Source of the DNA: Blastocladiella emersonii ATCC 22665
Lineage: Eukaryota > Fungi > Blastocladiomycota
Length of the DNA: 64,000 bases
Assembly (NCBI GenBank): GCA_025594325.1
Contig: JANHCV010000001.1
Coordinates: 3,782,001-3,846,000, forward strand
Direction: 5' to 3'
Part shown: positions 1-11,600 of the stretch, piece after piece
Layout of the letters: the number at the start of each line of letters is the position of its first letter
Position numbering within the stretch: position 1 is the stretch's first letter
Position numbers and translations under genes: made by a program
The notes under the pieces: generated by a model
Database searches by the model: none
What the model saw: the letters and a program-made list of their open reading frames with translations, nothing else
Told to the model about the DNA's origin: nothing

Positions 1-1
1 A

Positions 2-874
2 CCCGACGAGCTCCTTGTCAACGTGATGCAGCACCTTTCGGCCGAGGCGCTCGCCGAGCTCGGGCAGTGCAACCGGCGGCTGCACCGGCTCAGTGAGAGC
101 GAGGAGGTGTGGCGGCACTTGTTGGAACGCGACTTTGGTTCGCGGATCGGCAAGGCGTTCCCGATGACGCCGCTTGACTTTCGGCGTTCAACCAAGTCGG
201 GTGGCCGGCTCGGCAAGGCCTCGGCACCGCGGCGCAAGTGGCAGTACCGCGTTCTCGCTGAGACGGCGGCGCTATGCGGGCCGTGCGACTGCCCTCCGCC
301 AGCGCCGCTCCCGACAGGCTGGCGCCGGTGGCTCTTGCTCACGTCCGGCAACCACCCCAACTGCTGCTACACGCGGTTCGCGCGGCTGCGGTCGCGGTGG
401 CTTGGGCGGCACCGCGCCAAGTGGTCCGAGGCGAGCGACCCGCCGCGCGTGCTGCTGGCGCGCCTGGCGCTGCACGCGCGGGCGAACCTGTACCATCTGC
501 CGCTGACGCCGGTCAAGCTGCTCGGGCTCGCCATCAGTCCGCTGTGCGTCGGTCTACTGCACGTGCGGCTGTCGCACATGGTCGTGCACGGTGTGTTCGG
601 GTCGATCGCGCGCGACCTGCACCAGACAACGCTCAGCATCCTTCGCGACGCGCCGGTCGAGGACGGACACTGGCTCGCGGTGACGGGCCCGCTCGCGGTC
701 GCGGCGCTGTGCCTGCGCGACGTGGACTGGGCGCTGTCCAGGATCGTGCGGTCGCCGCACCTCGCCATGGTGTGCCGCGTCGTCCTCGCGGTCGCGGCGC
801 TGGGGTCCGCGGGTGTGTCGCTGTTCGTCCTGTGGCAGATCTATTGCCGCGGCGCGTCGCCGTACGCGTTCTGA
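2..874 (+). CDS. F-box domain protein with hydrophobic C-terminal segments (5' end lies before the window)
   Basis: Frame is open from nt 2: PDELLVNVMQHLSAEALAELGQCNRRLHRLSESEEVWRHLLERDF fits the F-box consensus (LP.ELL..I...L....L..V.RR...L...E..W). The C-terminus has 2-3 hydrophobic stretches. Confidence 0.75.
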   Translation, partial: PDELLVNVMQHLSAEALAELGQCNRRLHRLSESEEVWRHLLERDFGSRIGKAFPMTPLDFRRSTKSGGRLGKASAPRRKWQYRVLAETAALCGPCDCPPPAPLPTGWRRWLLLTSGNHPNCCYTRFARLRSRWLGRHRAKWSEASDPPRVLLARLALHARANLYHLPLTPVKLLGLAISPLCVGLLHVRLSHMVVHGVFGSIARDLHQTTLSILRDAPVEDGHWLAVTGPLAVAALCLRDVDWALSRIVRSPHLAMVCRVVLAVAALGSAGVSLFVLWQIYCRGASPYAF

Positions 875-1616
875 GCACCCGAGGAGCAATGTATTCGTGA
901 TTTAGTGTCTGATTGGGATCTGATTGCCCGCGTTTCATTCATGCAGCCCGCACGTGATGGTCTTGCAACGGCAAACGTCTCCCTCTCGTCGAGCAGGCCG
1001 CAGCAGCCTTCCCTCGGCGTTCTGGAAGTCGGTGCATTAATCGCCCACGCATTTCACGAATCAGTCGCCGCAACGTCGCGGCCCATCGCGCACACACTCG
1101 AGGTCGGCGCCATCCAACGCGAGCGAGCGAGTGCTTGAGCTTGAGAGTGTGGCTGAGCCGCTGCGGCGTCCCTGCGTTGCCAACGGCCAAGCCACGGATG
1201 TAGGTAGGGCTCGGGAACGGCAGCAGCGGGGGGTGGGCGCGGGAGGGCTCGCTGTGCGCATCCGCGGGAGGAGGCGGCGGGGGGCGGGCTGGGCTTGACG
1301 CTTGCGCCCTCGGAACACCACTTCCGCCCGCCTCCGACCTAGGTCCGCTCACCGCGGACTTGACGTTCGCGCTGGGCCCGACCGGCGACACATAAATACC
1401 GGCAGGTCCCCCGCACACCCTCGCAAGCTCCCGCAACGGAGCGTGCGCGCTCTCTGTTCGCCCGCGTCCCCTCCTCCTCACGATGATCACTTCACGCATC
1501 AATTCGCTGGCGCGGGAGCGAACATGTATCGCACCCGTCGCCCGCCGCACCGCAACAACGAATTAATAACAAGACTAGACTTACTTGTATTCAAACCTTG
1601 ACGTTAAAGGAGAAAA

Positions 1617-3545
1617 CTAGTGCAGGGGGGAGCTCGATCCCCAACCTACATTCAGGTCGAGGCCAGGCCCGCCTGCTGGGTTGTAGCGCGGCACCTTGGG
1701 GTCGGACCCGGCGGTGAGTGCGCTCGGAGAAGCGATGGAAGCCCACGTCCGCTTCTCGCCAAACGCGAGTTGCTGGAACTGCGACGGGTCAGTCATCGCC
1801 GAAGCGTTCCACATGACGCCCAAAGGCGGCATCGGAGAGGAGTTTGAGCCACCGAGCGGAGTGGAGCTCGAAACGACGGGTCGAGGAGCGGCGGCCATCG
1901 CGGCCATCGCGGCCATCGCGTGGTGAAGCGGGTTGGCGGCCGCGGGACTCGATGCGACAGGTTGAGGAGCGGCGGCCATCGCAGCCATCGAGCCTGACAC
2001 GTGGTGAAGCGGGACTGGAGCCAGCGCGGCCATCGCGGCCGACGCGTAAGAAAGCGGGGCGGCGGCCGCGGGACTCGATGCGACGATAGGTCGGGGAGCG
2101 GCGGCCATCGCACCGGACGCGCGAGGAAGCAGGGCGGCGGCCAGCGCGGTCATCGAGCCGGACGCGTGAGGAAGCGGGGCGGGGGCCGCGGGACTCGAAG
2201 CGACAACAGGTCGAGGAGCGGCGGCCATCGAGCCGGACGCGTGAGGAAGCTGGACGGTGGCCGCGGGAATCGGCGCGGCGGGTCGAGGAGCGGCGGCCAT
2301 CGCGTGAGGAAGCGAGACCGCGGCCGCGGGACTCGGCGCGACGGGTTGAGGAGCGTCAGAAGACGAGGAACCGGTAATGAGAGCAGGCGACTCGCGCGCA
2401 ATGGGAGCGTTCGAGCACAGGCACGAGAGAGCCTCCTTGATGTCGCTCTTCTTCGCGTCCAGGTTGATGGGTTTGGCGAAAAGCTCCTTGTCGCCCACGA
2501 TGAGCCGCGTACGGTCAGCAATGGTGAGGGCAGAAACGGCACCAACGGCCATGCTGTCGCCAGAGAAAATGTGCTCCACAAACTGCACGATCGTAACGTG
2601 AAGCGACGCGGCATGGCGCACCACGGCCAGAAGCTCGCCAAGAACCGAACGTTGCGACTCTTTGCAGCACGACATGGCGCGGCTACCGAACACGTTCAGA
2701 TCAACGTTGGGGTTCAAGAGGGCGAACAAGAGAGCCACGCGAAGAGCATGGGACTTCAAGTTGGACACGTTGGTAAAAAGGCGACTTTTCTCGTCTGGTC
2801 TCAAGTTGTGTCAGTAAATTCATGATCGAACCGAGGAGCTCCATTTAAGAAGGAAACGTACTCATCGCGGGGTTCTTGACAAGGGCCGCCTTCAAGACGT
2901 GGCCGTGAAGCGTCTTGCACAGCTCGCCCGACAAAGCGCCGAGAGCGACGTACAAGTACTCGAGGAGGTCCGCAAGCGAGATGCTCTCCAAGAGAGGGTG
3001 GGCAGCTGCACCGGAGCGCGACGCGGGGGGCTCGGGAGGGCTGCCATTCCGAACGGCATGGAAGAGATTGTACAGAGCGTCTTTCGCGGCCTGGAACAGC
3101 AGCGGGTACTTGAGCTCATCCACAGCATTCAGGAGGCCCGAGTAGTCGTATTCAAATTTACCCGTAGTTGAGTTAAAAGTGGCAAGAAAGTGCGAGTACT
3201 CGTTTGAAGTTTTGAAGGAGTCGCTCTGAATCGTCAAGGCGAGCTTCGTTGAGTTCCGGGCGTGGCTCTGGACGCGAAGCGGGTGTAGGAACGGGAGTGG
3301 TGAGAGTTGTGCTTCACACCCAACGACGAGGCGACACGTACGGCATTCTTCTGTTTCTTCTCGGTTTTGCTGTAGGGGGTGTCGCGCGGACCCCTCCTGT
3401 CCGTGACGGCGTTGTTGACGACATTCCGTTGCGTGCCCTTGGCGCGTTGAGATGAAGGACCCGACGACGAAGTTGAGTCGTCGTGCGCGGCGCCAAGGCC
3501 CACGCCGGCGCCCAACTCGGCGCCCGAAGCAAAGTTGGAGGACAT
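1617..3545 (-). CDS. Orphan ~595-aa protein (3 exons: 3545-3342, 3267-2862, 2794-1617) with C-terminal MAAAPRP-type repeats
   Basis: Three ORF-track pieces join in frame through canonical introns (gtacgt...ccag 3341-3268; gtacgt...ctgac...ccag 2861-2795). Total 1788 nt. No recognisable family. Confidence 0.6.
1880..2335 (-). repeat. Degenerate coding tandem repeat (~60-75 nt units) encoding MAAAPRPxxASSPAAxxPLPHASG
   Basis: Recurrent gcggcggccatcg / ggccgcgggactcga blocks on the + strand, about 7 units. Confidence 0.85.
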
Positions 3546-3717
3546 GTCGTTGGATAAAAGGTTTGAGATAAAGTCGTGCTACGAGTTACAAGGCCGTATG
3601 AAGGCAAGTTGCATCAGGTTACATGCGCGGGGGGAGAAGCAGCCGAAGGGCCGAAGGGAGCCGCAGAAAGCAGAAAGGGGTGGCGGTCGGTCAGTTCATA
3701 ACGCGTGCGGTGCCACT

Positions 3718-3760
3718 CACGTGCTACTCGCATCCGCTCACGTGCTACTCGCATCCGCTC
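3718..3760. repeat. 21-bp tandem duplication (cacgtgctactcgcatccgct x2) in the intergenic spacer
   Basis: Seen directly. Confidence 0.9.
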
Positions 3761-3838
3761 CTGCGAGACACTCTGCGAGACACCTCGCTTCTGCGAGGTG
3801 AGACACTCGGAGAGACATGAATACTATTGAATTAATAA

Positions 3839-6800
3839 CTAGATTGACTTCTTCACCTCGTGGTGGTTCAGAGTCGCGACCGCGTAGCGCAGCATACCCG
3901 AGTACAACGGGTACGACCAGAACGGCGCGAGGCGCTTGAGACGCGCAATCGAGGCATTTTTGATCTCGTGGAGGACCGAGATGGCGCCGTGCATGTCCTG
4001 GAACGACTTGATGTTGAACGACGGCGCGCACGCCGAGTGGTTCGGCATGTGGAACGCGTCAACGGCGAAAATCGTGTCCTTGAACGCCGCCGGGTTACGG
4101 TTCAAGCAGTACTCGAGCGCGTTGCACGCGTTGTCATAAATGACGTACTGGGGCATTTTCTCGAAGCGAGTAAGCAGCGTTTGGTACACGACGCGCGGGG
4201 ACTCCTTGTTTGAGAGCACCTGGAACCCGATACACTTGCGGCAGCACAAGCACGAAAACAGAACGACGCCAGGCGCAAGTTTCCGAGCGCCGCGCGTATG
4301 CTTGGTGCATGAGACCGCGTCGTCGTCCTCGTCCGGCGGCTTCGACGAGTTGGGCTTCATGTACTCGACGAGCTGGCGGACGACCTCGCGGTACGGGAAG
4401 TAGCGACCATTGTCGCGAAGGTCACGGCGAGGCTCGGTCTTGATTCGCTCGCGGGTGGCATGGTCAGCGAGCGGAAGGTCGCCAAGCGGCGCGCCCGAAC
4501 TCGAGTCGAAGAAGATGGAGCGCGCGCGGTTGAGAATATGGGCCACGACGCGTTGCACAAGCTGCATGCCTGGAAGTTGGGCGAGAGCAAAGCCATTTAG
4601 TCGCTCTGCACGAGAAGCAGCGTGAAGCTCGGCTTTGCGTTGCGCGGCCCGGTACTCGATAGCAGCAAGCTTCGTTTTGAGGTCCTCGGACGCACCATAA
4701 AACGCAAACTCGTAGCTGTCGTGAATCGGTCTCGAAGCTGGATTTGGATCCAAGCAAACGAGCTCGTTCAAGTCACGGTGCAATGTCCCCTCGTGCTGAA
4801 CGAAGTCGGACAGGGTGTGCACGCCCTTGAACTTCAAGAAGTTGAAGACGTAAGGGTACTTGTTGAGCAGTTCTCCAAGTCGGTTCCAGAACTCGTTGAA
4901 AGCGTTAATACTCGCTGTACTGCGCTCGCTTTCGACCACCGCCTCCGCTTCCTGTTGAGCAGCAAGGAGATGCCGAACGGCCGCGTCAAAGGCATCGAGG
5001 TGAGCAGCAGCTGAGACGGAGCTGGGCAACAGGGGACCCGAGTGCGGGACGCGAGCGACTTCGTCGACGAGCGCGGCGATCGTTGGTGCGTACCGACGCA
5101 GCGCCTGGTGATGATGAAAGTCGAGCGACTGGCCTACGTTGAGCGAGGCGAAGGCGTGCGCGGCGTCCCATGCTGCACACGGAATGAGATGAGAGCACGA
5201 GTTGATTTGCTTACCAAGAGTAAGCGCGAACTCGGTCAGCGCGTTCGGGGCCGACGGCGCGAGTACCACGCGATGAGCATCGGACGGGTCAATAGCGAGG
5301 AAGCGCGAGACGAGGTGGATGCTCGGGTCCTCGGCCGCAGCCGCCTTGAGAGGATCCGCAACGACAGGCTTCTTGTGAGCGAGATCGACAAGGGCGGCGG
5401 TGATGGTGGCGACGTTGAACTGCGAGAGGAGCGGGGTGCGAAGAGCGCGCCGGTAGGGGTTCGCCCTTGTCGAGACCTCCGTAATGAGGTAGCTGGGCGA
5501 AGAAAAGTCGGGCAGCCTGCGCGTCTCCGTCGAGAACTCGATACCGTCGAGGCAGATGCCCGTGACGGACGGGCACTCGCAAAAGTTGTTCACAGGAAGC
5601 TTGAGCAGGTGCAAGAAGCCGGCGAGGGCGGCTGAGATGTAGCTGCGCAAGCGCACGAGTTGCTCGAGTTTGCGGTCCGCTAGCGTGTCGTCCGCAATGA
5701 GCTCCTCCACAAGCGGTCGAGCATACGAGTCGGTCCACCACGCGTGCGTCGGGTAGGCATGCAGCGTCGCCGCGGCGAGCTCGTAGAGCAGGGTCGCGTC
5801 CACAAGCACATAATTTGAAACGTTGATGAGCCCGTCGTCGCGGCCGTCATAACAGATGCGAGTACTGCATGCGTTGCATCGAGCGTCGTAGACGGTGAGG
5901 CCGTGGTACATGTCCGAGCGCAAGAAGAGGTGCGCGCGCGTCGCGACCTTGACGAGCTCCGCGCGGCCGTGACATTTTGGACAGACGACCACACGCGCGC
6001 GCGAGGAGTCACTCGCACGTGGGGACGCCGCCGTCGCTGCCGCCGAGTCGTCGACGCCGTGCTGCTGCTGCTGCTGCTGCTGCTGCTGCGTCGCCGCACC
6101 GGCCATGGATGTAGCCAGCGATCCCTCGGGGTAGATGCAAAGCGTCGGGAAGAGGTCACGGACACGCCGTTCCCGCATGAGCCGCGAGCGCAGCTTCAGG
6201 TCGTCGCGGCGAAGGAGCGGATACATGCGCAGCGAGTGCACGACCCGTTGGCCGAGCGTCGTCTTCTCGCACGTGTGGCCGTCTTCGTCGGCCTGCTTGT
6301 CGGCCTCCGCCTCTGCCTCTGCCTCTGCCTCCGCCTCTGCCTCTGCCTCTGCCTCCGCCTCTGCCTCCGCCTCTGCGGCGGCGGCGGCTGCAGCTGCGTC
6401 GGGGGACAGCTGCTCGTCGACCTCGTCGACCTCGTCGCCGTCCGCTGCTGCGCCAGCCTCGAGCGCGCTGGCCAAGTGCAGCAGGTCCACCGCGCGACGA
6501 ATGTGTGCCGCGTGCATGCAGCCCGACTTGCGCTTCTTCGTGTACTTCTCGCTGTGCGACTTGGGCCCGCACGTGAAGCACAGCGGGGGCTGCTGCGACT
6601 TGCCGCCCTCGCGACCGCGAAGCATGAAGACCTGCGGCGGTTCGTCGGAGGTGAAGGAGACGAAGATGCTCGCGTTGAGTTCAGGGTCGAGCCGAGTCGA
6701 CGGGAACTGGATGGTGGTGCAAATCGCGACAGGTCGAGAGGGCGACGCGGTGAGCAGGTTGCCGAGTTCGCCGCGGTTACCCGCAAAGAGGTTTGGAAGA

Positions 6801-7802
6801 GTCGCGAGAGTGACCTGAGTGCCGCCGAGCACGAGGTCGTTGAGGAACGACACGACGACGTGGCGCGAGTGGTCGCACGGCGCAAGTGATGGAATAGGAT
6901 CGGCGGGCGGAGCGGCACTTGAGCTCCGATCCCACAGCGCGTCTGTAAAGTTGGAGGGCGTGCTGCAGAGAGTACACGCCGAGTGGACCATCGGCTGGCC
7001 CGCGTAGTGGATGAGGTGCATCGTGACGACCGCGACCCGCCGTTTCGGGTGGGTGATAAAGTTACCCTCCTTGTTGCGCTCCATGTGGGGCACGAGGAAC
7101 ACCTTGATGCGCGAGCGCTGCGTGTCGCCATAGATCTGCTGGATCGGAATCCAGACGTTGCAGTTGGCTCGAACTACAGAGATGAAGGTCGAGACGATGA
7201 ACATGGGCGGTGGGGACGGATCAAGCGCGAGACGTACGGTCGCGAAGCTCAGCAGGAAAGTTCGCAGGGGCGACTTGAGGGACAGGACACTCCACTGCCA
7301 TAGGACTATGAACCGGAGAAATGCTTGGTGGATCATGTTGGTGCGGGCAAGAGCCGGGTTGTTCAACTGCGTCGTCATGCGGGAGCGGCCCAGCGGATCC
7401 CTGCTCGCGATGGTCAGGTTGACGCGCTGCTGCATCCCGACCTGCGGTGCGGTGTGGTTGAGCTGTTGTGACTTGGGGTGCAGGCGTAGATGAAGTTGCA
7501 CGTGCGGCCCGAACGGCGTTGACCTCGGCAAGAACGTCATCGCTCAGGTCCAGCGCCGCGATGTTGTATCCGTGATCAAGGCGGAATACAGCGCGTTCGA
7601 TCAGCGACTGACGCTCCTTGGCGGCCCTTTCCGCACGCAGCTCGACAGCAGACTTCATCCTTGTCCAAGTTGGTTGAGCCTAAATGTAGTGTACGGGCGT
7701 GAGCAGGAGCTCGAGCTCGCGTCGCTTCAGCGGCGGGACTCTCACCTCAGGGCCTGAGCTCTGACCACGGCCGCGGCCGCGACCTCGGCCTCCCGGAGCC
7801 AT
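3839..7802 (-). CDS. KDZ-family transposase, ~1277 aa (exons 7802-7746, 7679-7238, 7173-3839)
   Basis: SWIM-like CFTC...CMH; CxC-type cluster CPKCH...CNAC...YDGRDDGLIN; catalytic-type ICLDG, YDNAC, VDAFHMPNHSAC and HEIKN motifs; SCTKH/CLCC. Introns gtgag...ttag (7745-7680) and gtacgt...tgtag (7237-7174) join the frames exactly (3834 nt). Confidence 0.85.
6061..6395. repeat. Coding microsatellites in the transposase: (CTG)n = poly-Q at ~6061-6088 and hexamer repeat = poly-(AE) at ~6303-6375
   Basis: Seen directly. Confidence 0.9.
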
Positions 7803-8657
7803 GATGATCAAGCTGAAAATGACGTTGCAGCAGGTTGAGGCGATGACCCTGTGGCAATGAGCGCTTCGACGTGATGATGTCTCGCCGCGCTTCGCTCACA
7901 GCACGCGTTCCGATATCACCTGAGACGCGTGACCACTGTCTCATGTCTCACGTTTCGCTTCTCGCGTCGCGCGCCTCAAGTCGACGACCCTCAACCGCGT
8001 TCCACGACAAGAACATCTGGCGCCTCGCCTCGAAGGAGGGCCGAACGAGTAATCGGATGAGATCCACACGAGGGAACACCTCATCCTCTCGCCCAAGTCC
8101 TTTGCGCTAAGTCGACTCTGACCCTTCCTTGCTCACAAGTCAAAGTAGAAGGAAAAACGTGAGTCCACACGAGCCATGACAACACTCCAACGGTGAGCCC
8201 GAGCGCGTGAATGCGCGGCCTGCATCAGCGCGGCACCAGCCCTGCGGCCTGCCTGTCAGCGCCTGCAGGCGTAATGAAGACGGTCAGGTGGCCGCCCTGA
8301 GCCACACCCCTAGGCTGCACACACGCATCCCTCCCTGGGATGCAGTCAGAGAGTCTCAACCGGGCTGCACGGCCTTTTCCCCTCCGCCTTGGAGCTGAGC
8401 AAGCGTCCCTTCTCTCCTTCGCACCTCCACATCCAACGCGCTCGCTGGTCCCCGGCTCCCAAAGGCTTCGCGCCGCGCTCCTCCTGCATCTCTCCGTCCC
8501 CTCCCCTTCCCTTCCCCTTCGTAACGCCGCTGGTTGGCCGCCCTCCTCTCCCCCTTTCACTCCACCCACCCGCAAGATCCCACCCGTTACAATGTACGCG
8601 CGCACCATCGCCCTGCTGCACGGGCCACCTCTGACCCACCCCGTGCCCGCGCGTAGC

Positions 8658-11600
8658 ATGTCGTCCGTCACGCTGGCCGTCGACGGCATGACGTGCCAGT
8701 CGTGCGTGCGCGGCGTCACCTTCGCCGCGACCTCGGTCCCTGGCGTCACGGGCGCCGACGTGTCGCTCGAGCTCAAGTCGGCGACGCTGCACCTCGCGCC
8801 CGACGCCGCGTGCATGGCGACCGTCGACGCGGCCGCCGCCGCCATCTACGACGCCGGGTTCGATGTCGTCGTCCCGCCCTCGGCCGCCGCGTCGCTGCCC
8901 GCCACGCTCGCGCCCGTGACCGCTGCGCACGACGCGGCGCTCGTGCCCATCTTCATGTCCTCGTCGTCGCCGACGCTTGCGCCCACGCCGCCGCCACTGG
9001 CCTCGGTCGCGTCCCTCGCTCCCGCTTCCCCCAACGCGCTCCACAAGTGCGCCATCTCGGTGCAGGGCATGACGTGCACCGCGTGCGTGGCCGCCATCGA
9101 GGGCGTCGTCGGCGCGCTGCCGGGCGTCCACGCCATCTCCGTGTCGCTGCTCGCCGAGCGCGCCAACATCGACTACGACGCGGCCCTGACGTCCGCCGAG
9201 ACCCTCGCCGAGGCCATCTACGACGCCGGGTTCGACTCGCAGGTCCTATCCGTCGACGCGCCGCTGCCCGTCGCCTCTTCGGCCTCGGCCACTTCGAAAG
9301 CAGCGAGCGCGCAGCCCGTGCTCATCGAGCTCGACGTGTACGGCATGACGTGTACCGTGTGCTCGGGCACCATCGAGCGCGAGGTCGGCAAGATGCCCGG
9401 CGTCACGGCCGTCGACGTGGCCCTGACGACCAAGCGCGCGCGCATCGTGGCCGTCCCCGGCACGGTCGGGATCCGCGACGTGATGCACCGCATCGAGGAG
9501 CTCGGCTTCACCCCGCTCGTCCCCGACCAAAACATGCAGGTCCAGACCGACTCGCTCCAGCGCACCCGCGAGATTGTCGAGTGGCGCAACGCGTTCCGCT
9601 GGTGCCTCGTCTTCGCCGTCCCCAACATGCTCATCGGCATGATCCTGCCCATGCTCTGGCCGCAGCCTGCTGCTGCCGCCGCTCCGGGTATGGGACACGG
9701 CGGCGGCATGGGTATGGCTCCGGGCTCCGACAGCGGCGCGGGGATGAAGATGCACTCGACGTTCCCGCTCGACAACATCTTCGTCGTGCCCGGCCTCTCG
9801 CTCAACCACCTGATCCAGCTCGGCCTCACGGTGCCCGTCCAGTTCGGCGCCGTCGGCCGCAAGTTCTACCGCTCCGCGTACAAGTCGCTGCGGCTCGGGA
9901 CCGCGACCATGGACGTGCTCGTCGCGCTCGGCACCACGGCGGCTTTCGTCGCGTCGATCGGGTCCCTCATCCACTCCATGGTCGTCAGCACCCACCCGCA
10001 CGCCACCACCTTCTTCGACACGTGCACCATGCTGCTCTTCTTCATCTCGCTCGGCAAGTACCTCGAGAACTCGGCCAAGGGCAAGACGTCCTCGGCCCTC
10101 ACCAAGCTGCTCTCCCTGAAACCCGCTTCGGCCACGCTGCTCACCGTCGACCCGACCGACGCGTCGGTCGTCCTGCGCGAGGAGCAGGTCGCCGCCGAGC
10201 TGATCCAGGTCGGCGATATCCTGCGCGTGCTCCCCGGCGAGCGCGTCCCCGCCGACGGCGAGGTCGTGTTCGGGACCACGGCCGTCGACGAGTCGCTCGT
10301 CACGGGCGAGGCGGTGCCCGTCGCCAAGAAGGTAGGGTCGCAGCTGATCGCCGGTACCGTCAACGGGGCCGGCGCCGTGCACCTGCGCGCGTCGCACGTC
10401 GGCAGCGATACCGCCCTGTCGCGCATCGTGTCGCTCGTCGAGCAGGCGCAGGCGTCCAAGGCGCCGATCCAGCGGTGGGCCGACCTGATCGCGTCGTACT
10501 TTGTGCCCGTGGTCGTCTCGCTCGCCGTCCTCACGCTCATCCTGTGGCTCTCGGTCACCCGCGCGACCGGCCACTTCCCGTACCGCGCCGTCGCCGAGGA
10601 CGAGTCCGACGACGTGTTCCTGTGCCTGCAGATCTGCATCTCGGTCATCGTCGTCGCGTGCCCGTGCACGCTCGGGCTGTCGGTGCCGACCGCCGTCATG
10701 GTCGGGACCGGCGTCGGCGCGCAGCTCGGGATCCTGATCAAGGGCGGCGAGCCGCTCGAGCGCGTGCACAAGCTCGACCACGTCGTCTTCGACAAGACCG
10801 GCACGCTGACCGAGGGCAAGATGACCGTCATGGCGTCCGAGATCTACGTGCCCGCGCCGCCCGCCGATGCGGGAAAGCGCGCCGCGCGCGAGTTCCACCT
10901 GTCCGAGTCCGACTTCTGGGCCATTGTCGGCGCCGCCGAGGCCAACTCGGAGCACCCGCTCGCGCGCGCCATGACCGCGCACGCATCGGCGTTCCTCGGC
11001 GGCGACATGCGCGCGTCGCACGCCGCCGTGCACGTCACCGACTTCGAGGTGCGCCCCGGGCTGGGGATCCGGTGCACGGCCGCGCTCCAGGACGGCCGCG
11101 CCGTCGACGTGGCCATCGGCTCCATGGCGTTCCTCGACCACCTCGGGATCCCGACGTCCGCGCGCGCCGCGGCTGCCCGCGGGATCGCCGCGCCCGTCGC
11201 CGGCGGCGTCGACGTGCACCACCGCGAGCAGACGCACGCGCAGCGCGGACACACGGTCGTCTTTGTCGCGGTCGCGGGGAACGTCGCCGGGCTCATCGCC
11301 ATGGGCGACAACCTCAAGCCGCACGCGGCGCGCGTCGTGCGCGCGCTCCAGGAGGATATGGGCGTCGAGGTGTCCATGGTCACGGGCGATAACCCGACGA
11401 CCGCGCTCGTCCTCGCGCGCCAGGCCGGGATCCCACCGCACCGCGTTTTCGCGGGTGTCTCGCCCGCGGGCAAGGCCGACATCATCCGCGCGCTCCAGGC
11501 CAACGACCCCGAGGCGCTCGCGCAGTTCGTGCCCGCAGCAAGTGCGTCGCCGATGCTCGAGCCCTCGTCCGACTCGCTCCCGCCGACCCCCACGATGCGC

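Larger units (their letters stand above)
1617..7802 (-). mobile_element. KDZ (Kyakuja/Zisupton-like) DNA transposon region: transposase plus adjacent orphan gene; ends not resolved
   Basis: Transposase motifs (see CDS), lower GC and AT-richer codon usage than flanking host genes, and two co-oriented spliced genes. No TIR or TSD could be found by eye. Confidence 0.7.

Noticed and set aside
939-1601. ORFs 939-1550 (-) and 1302-1601 (+) left of the orphan gene
   Set aside because: No protein-like signal; the region looks promoter/UTR-like. The best spliced product is only ~22 aa.
1561-3848. aattaataac motif near the 3' ends of both element genes (1561 and ~3830)
   Set aside because: Most simply AT-rich 3'-end/polyadenylation context; too short to call a repeat or an element end.
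942-8369. Candidate TIR pair tgcagcccg (942-950) / cgggctgca (8361-8369) around the KDZ region
   Set aside because: Only 9 bp, with no extension, no target-site duplication and inconsistent spacing of other short matches. Expected by chance at this GC.
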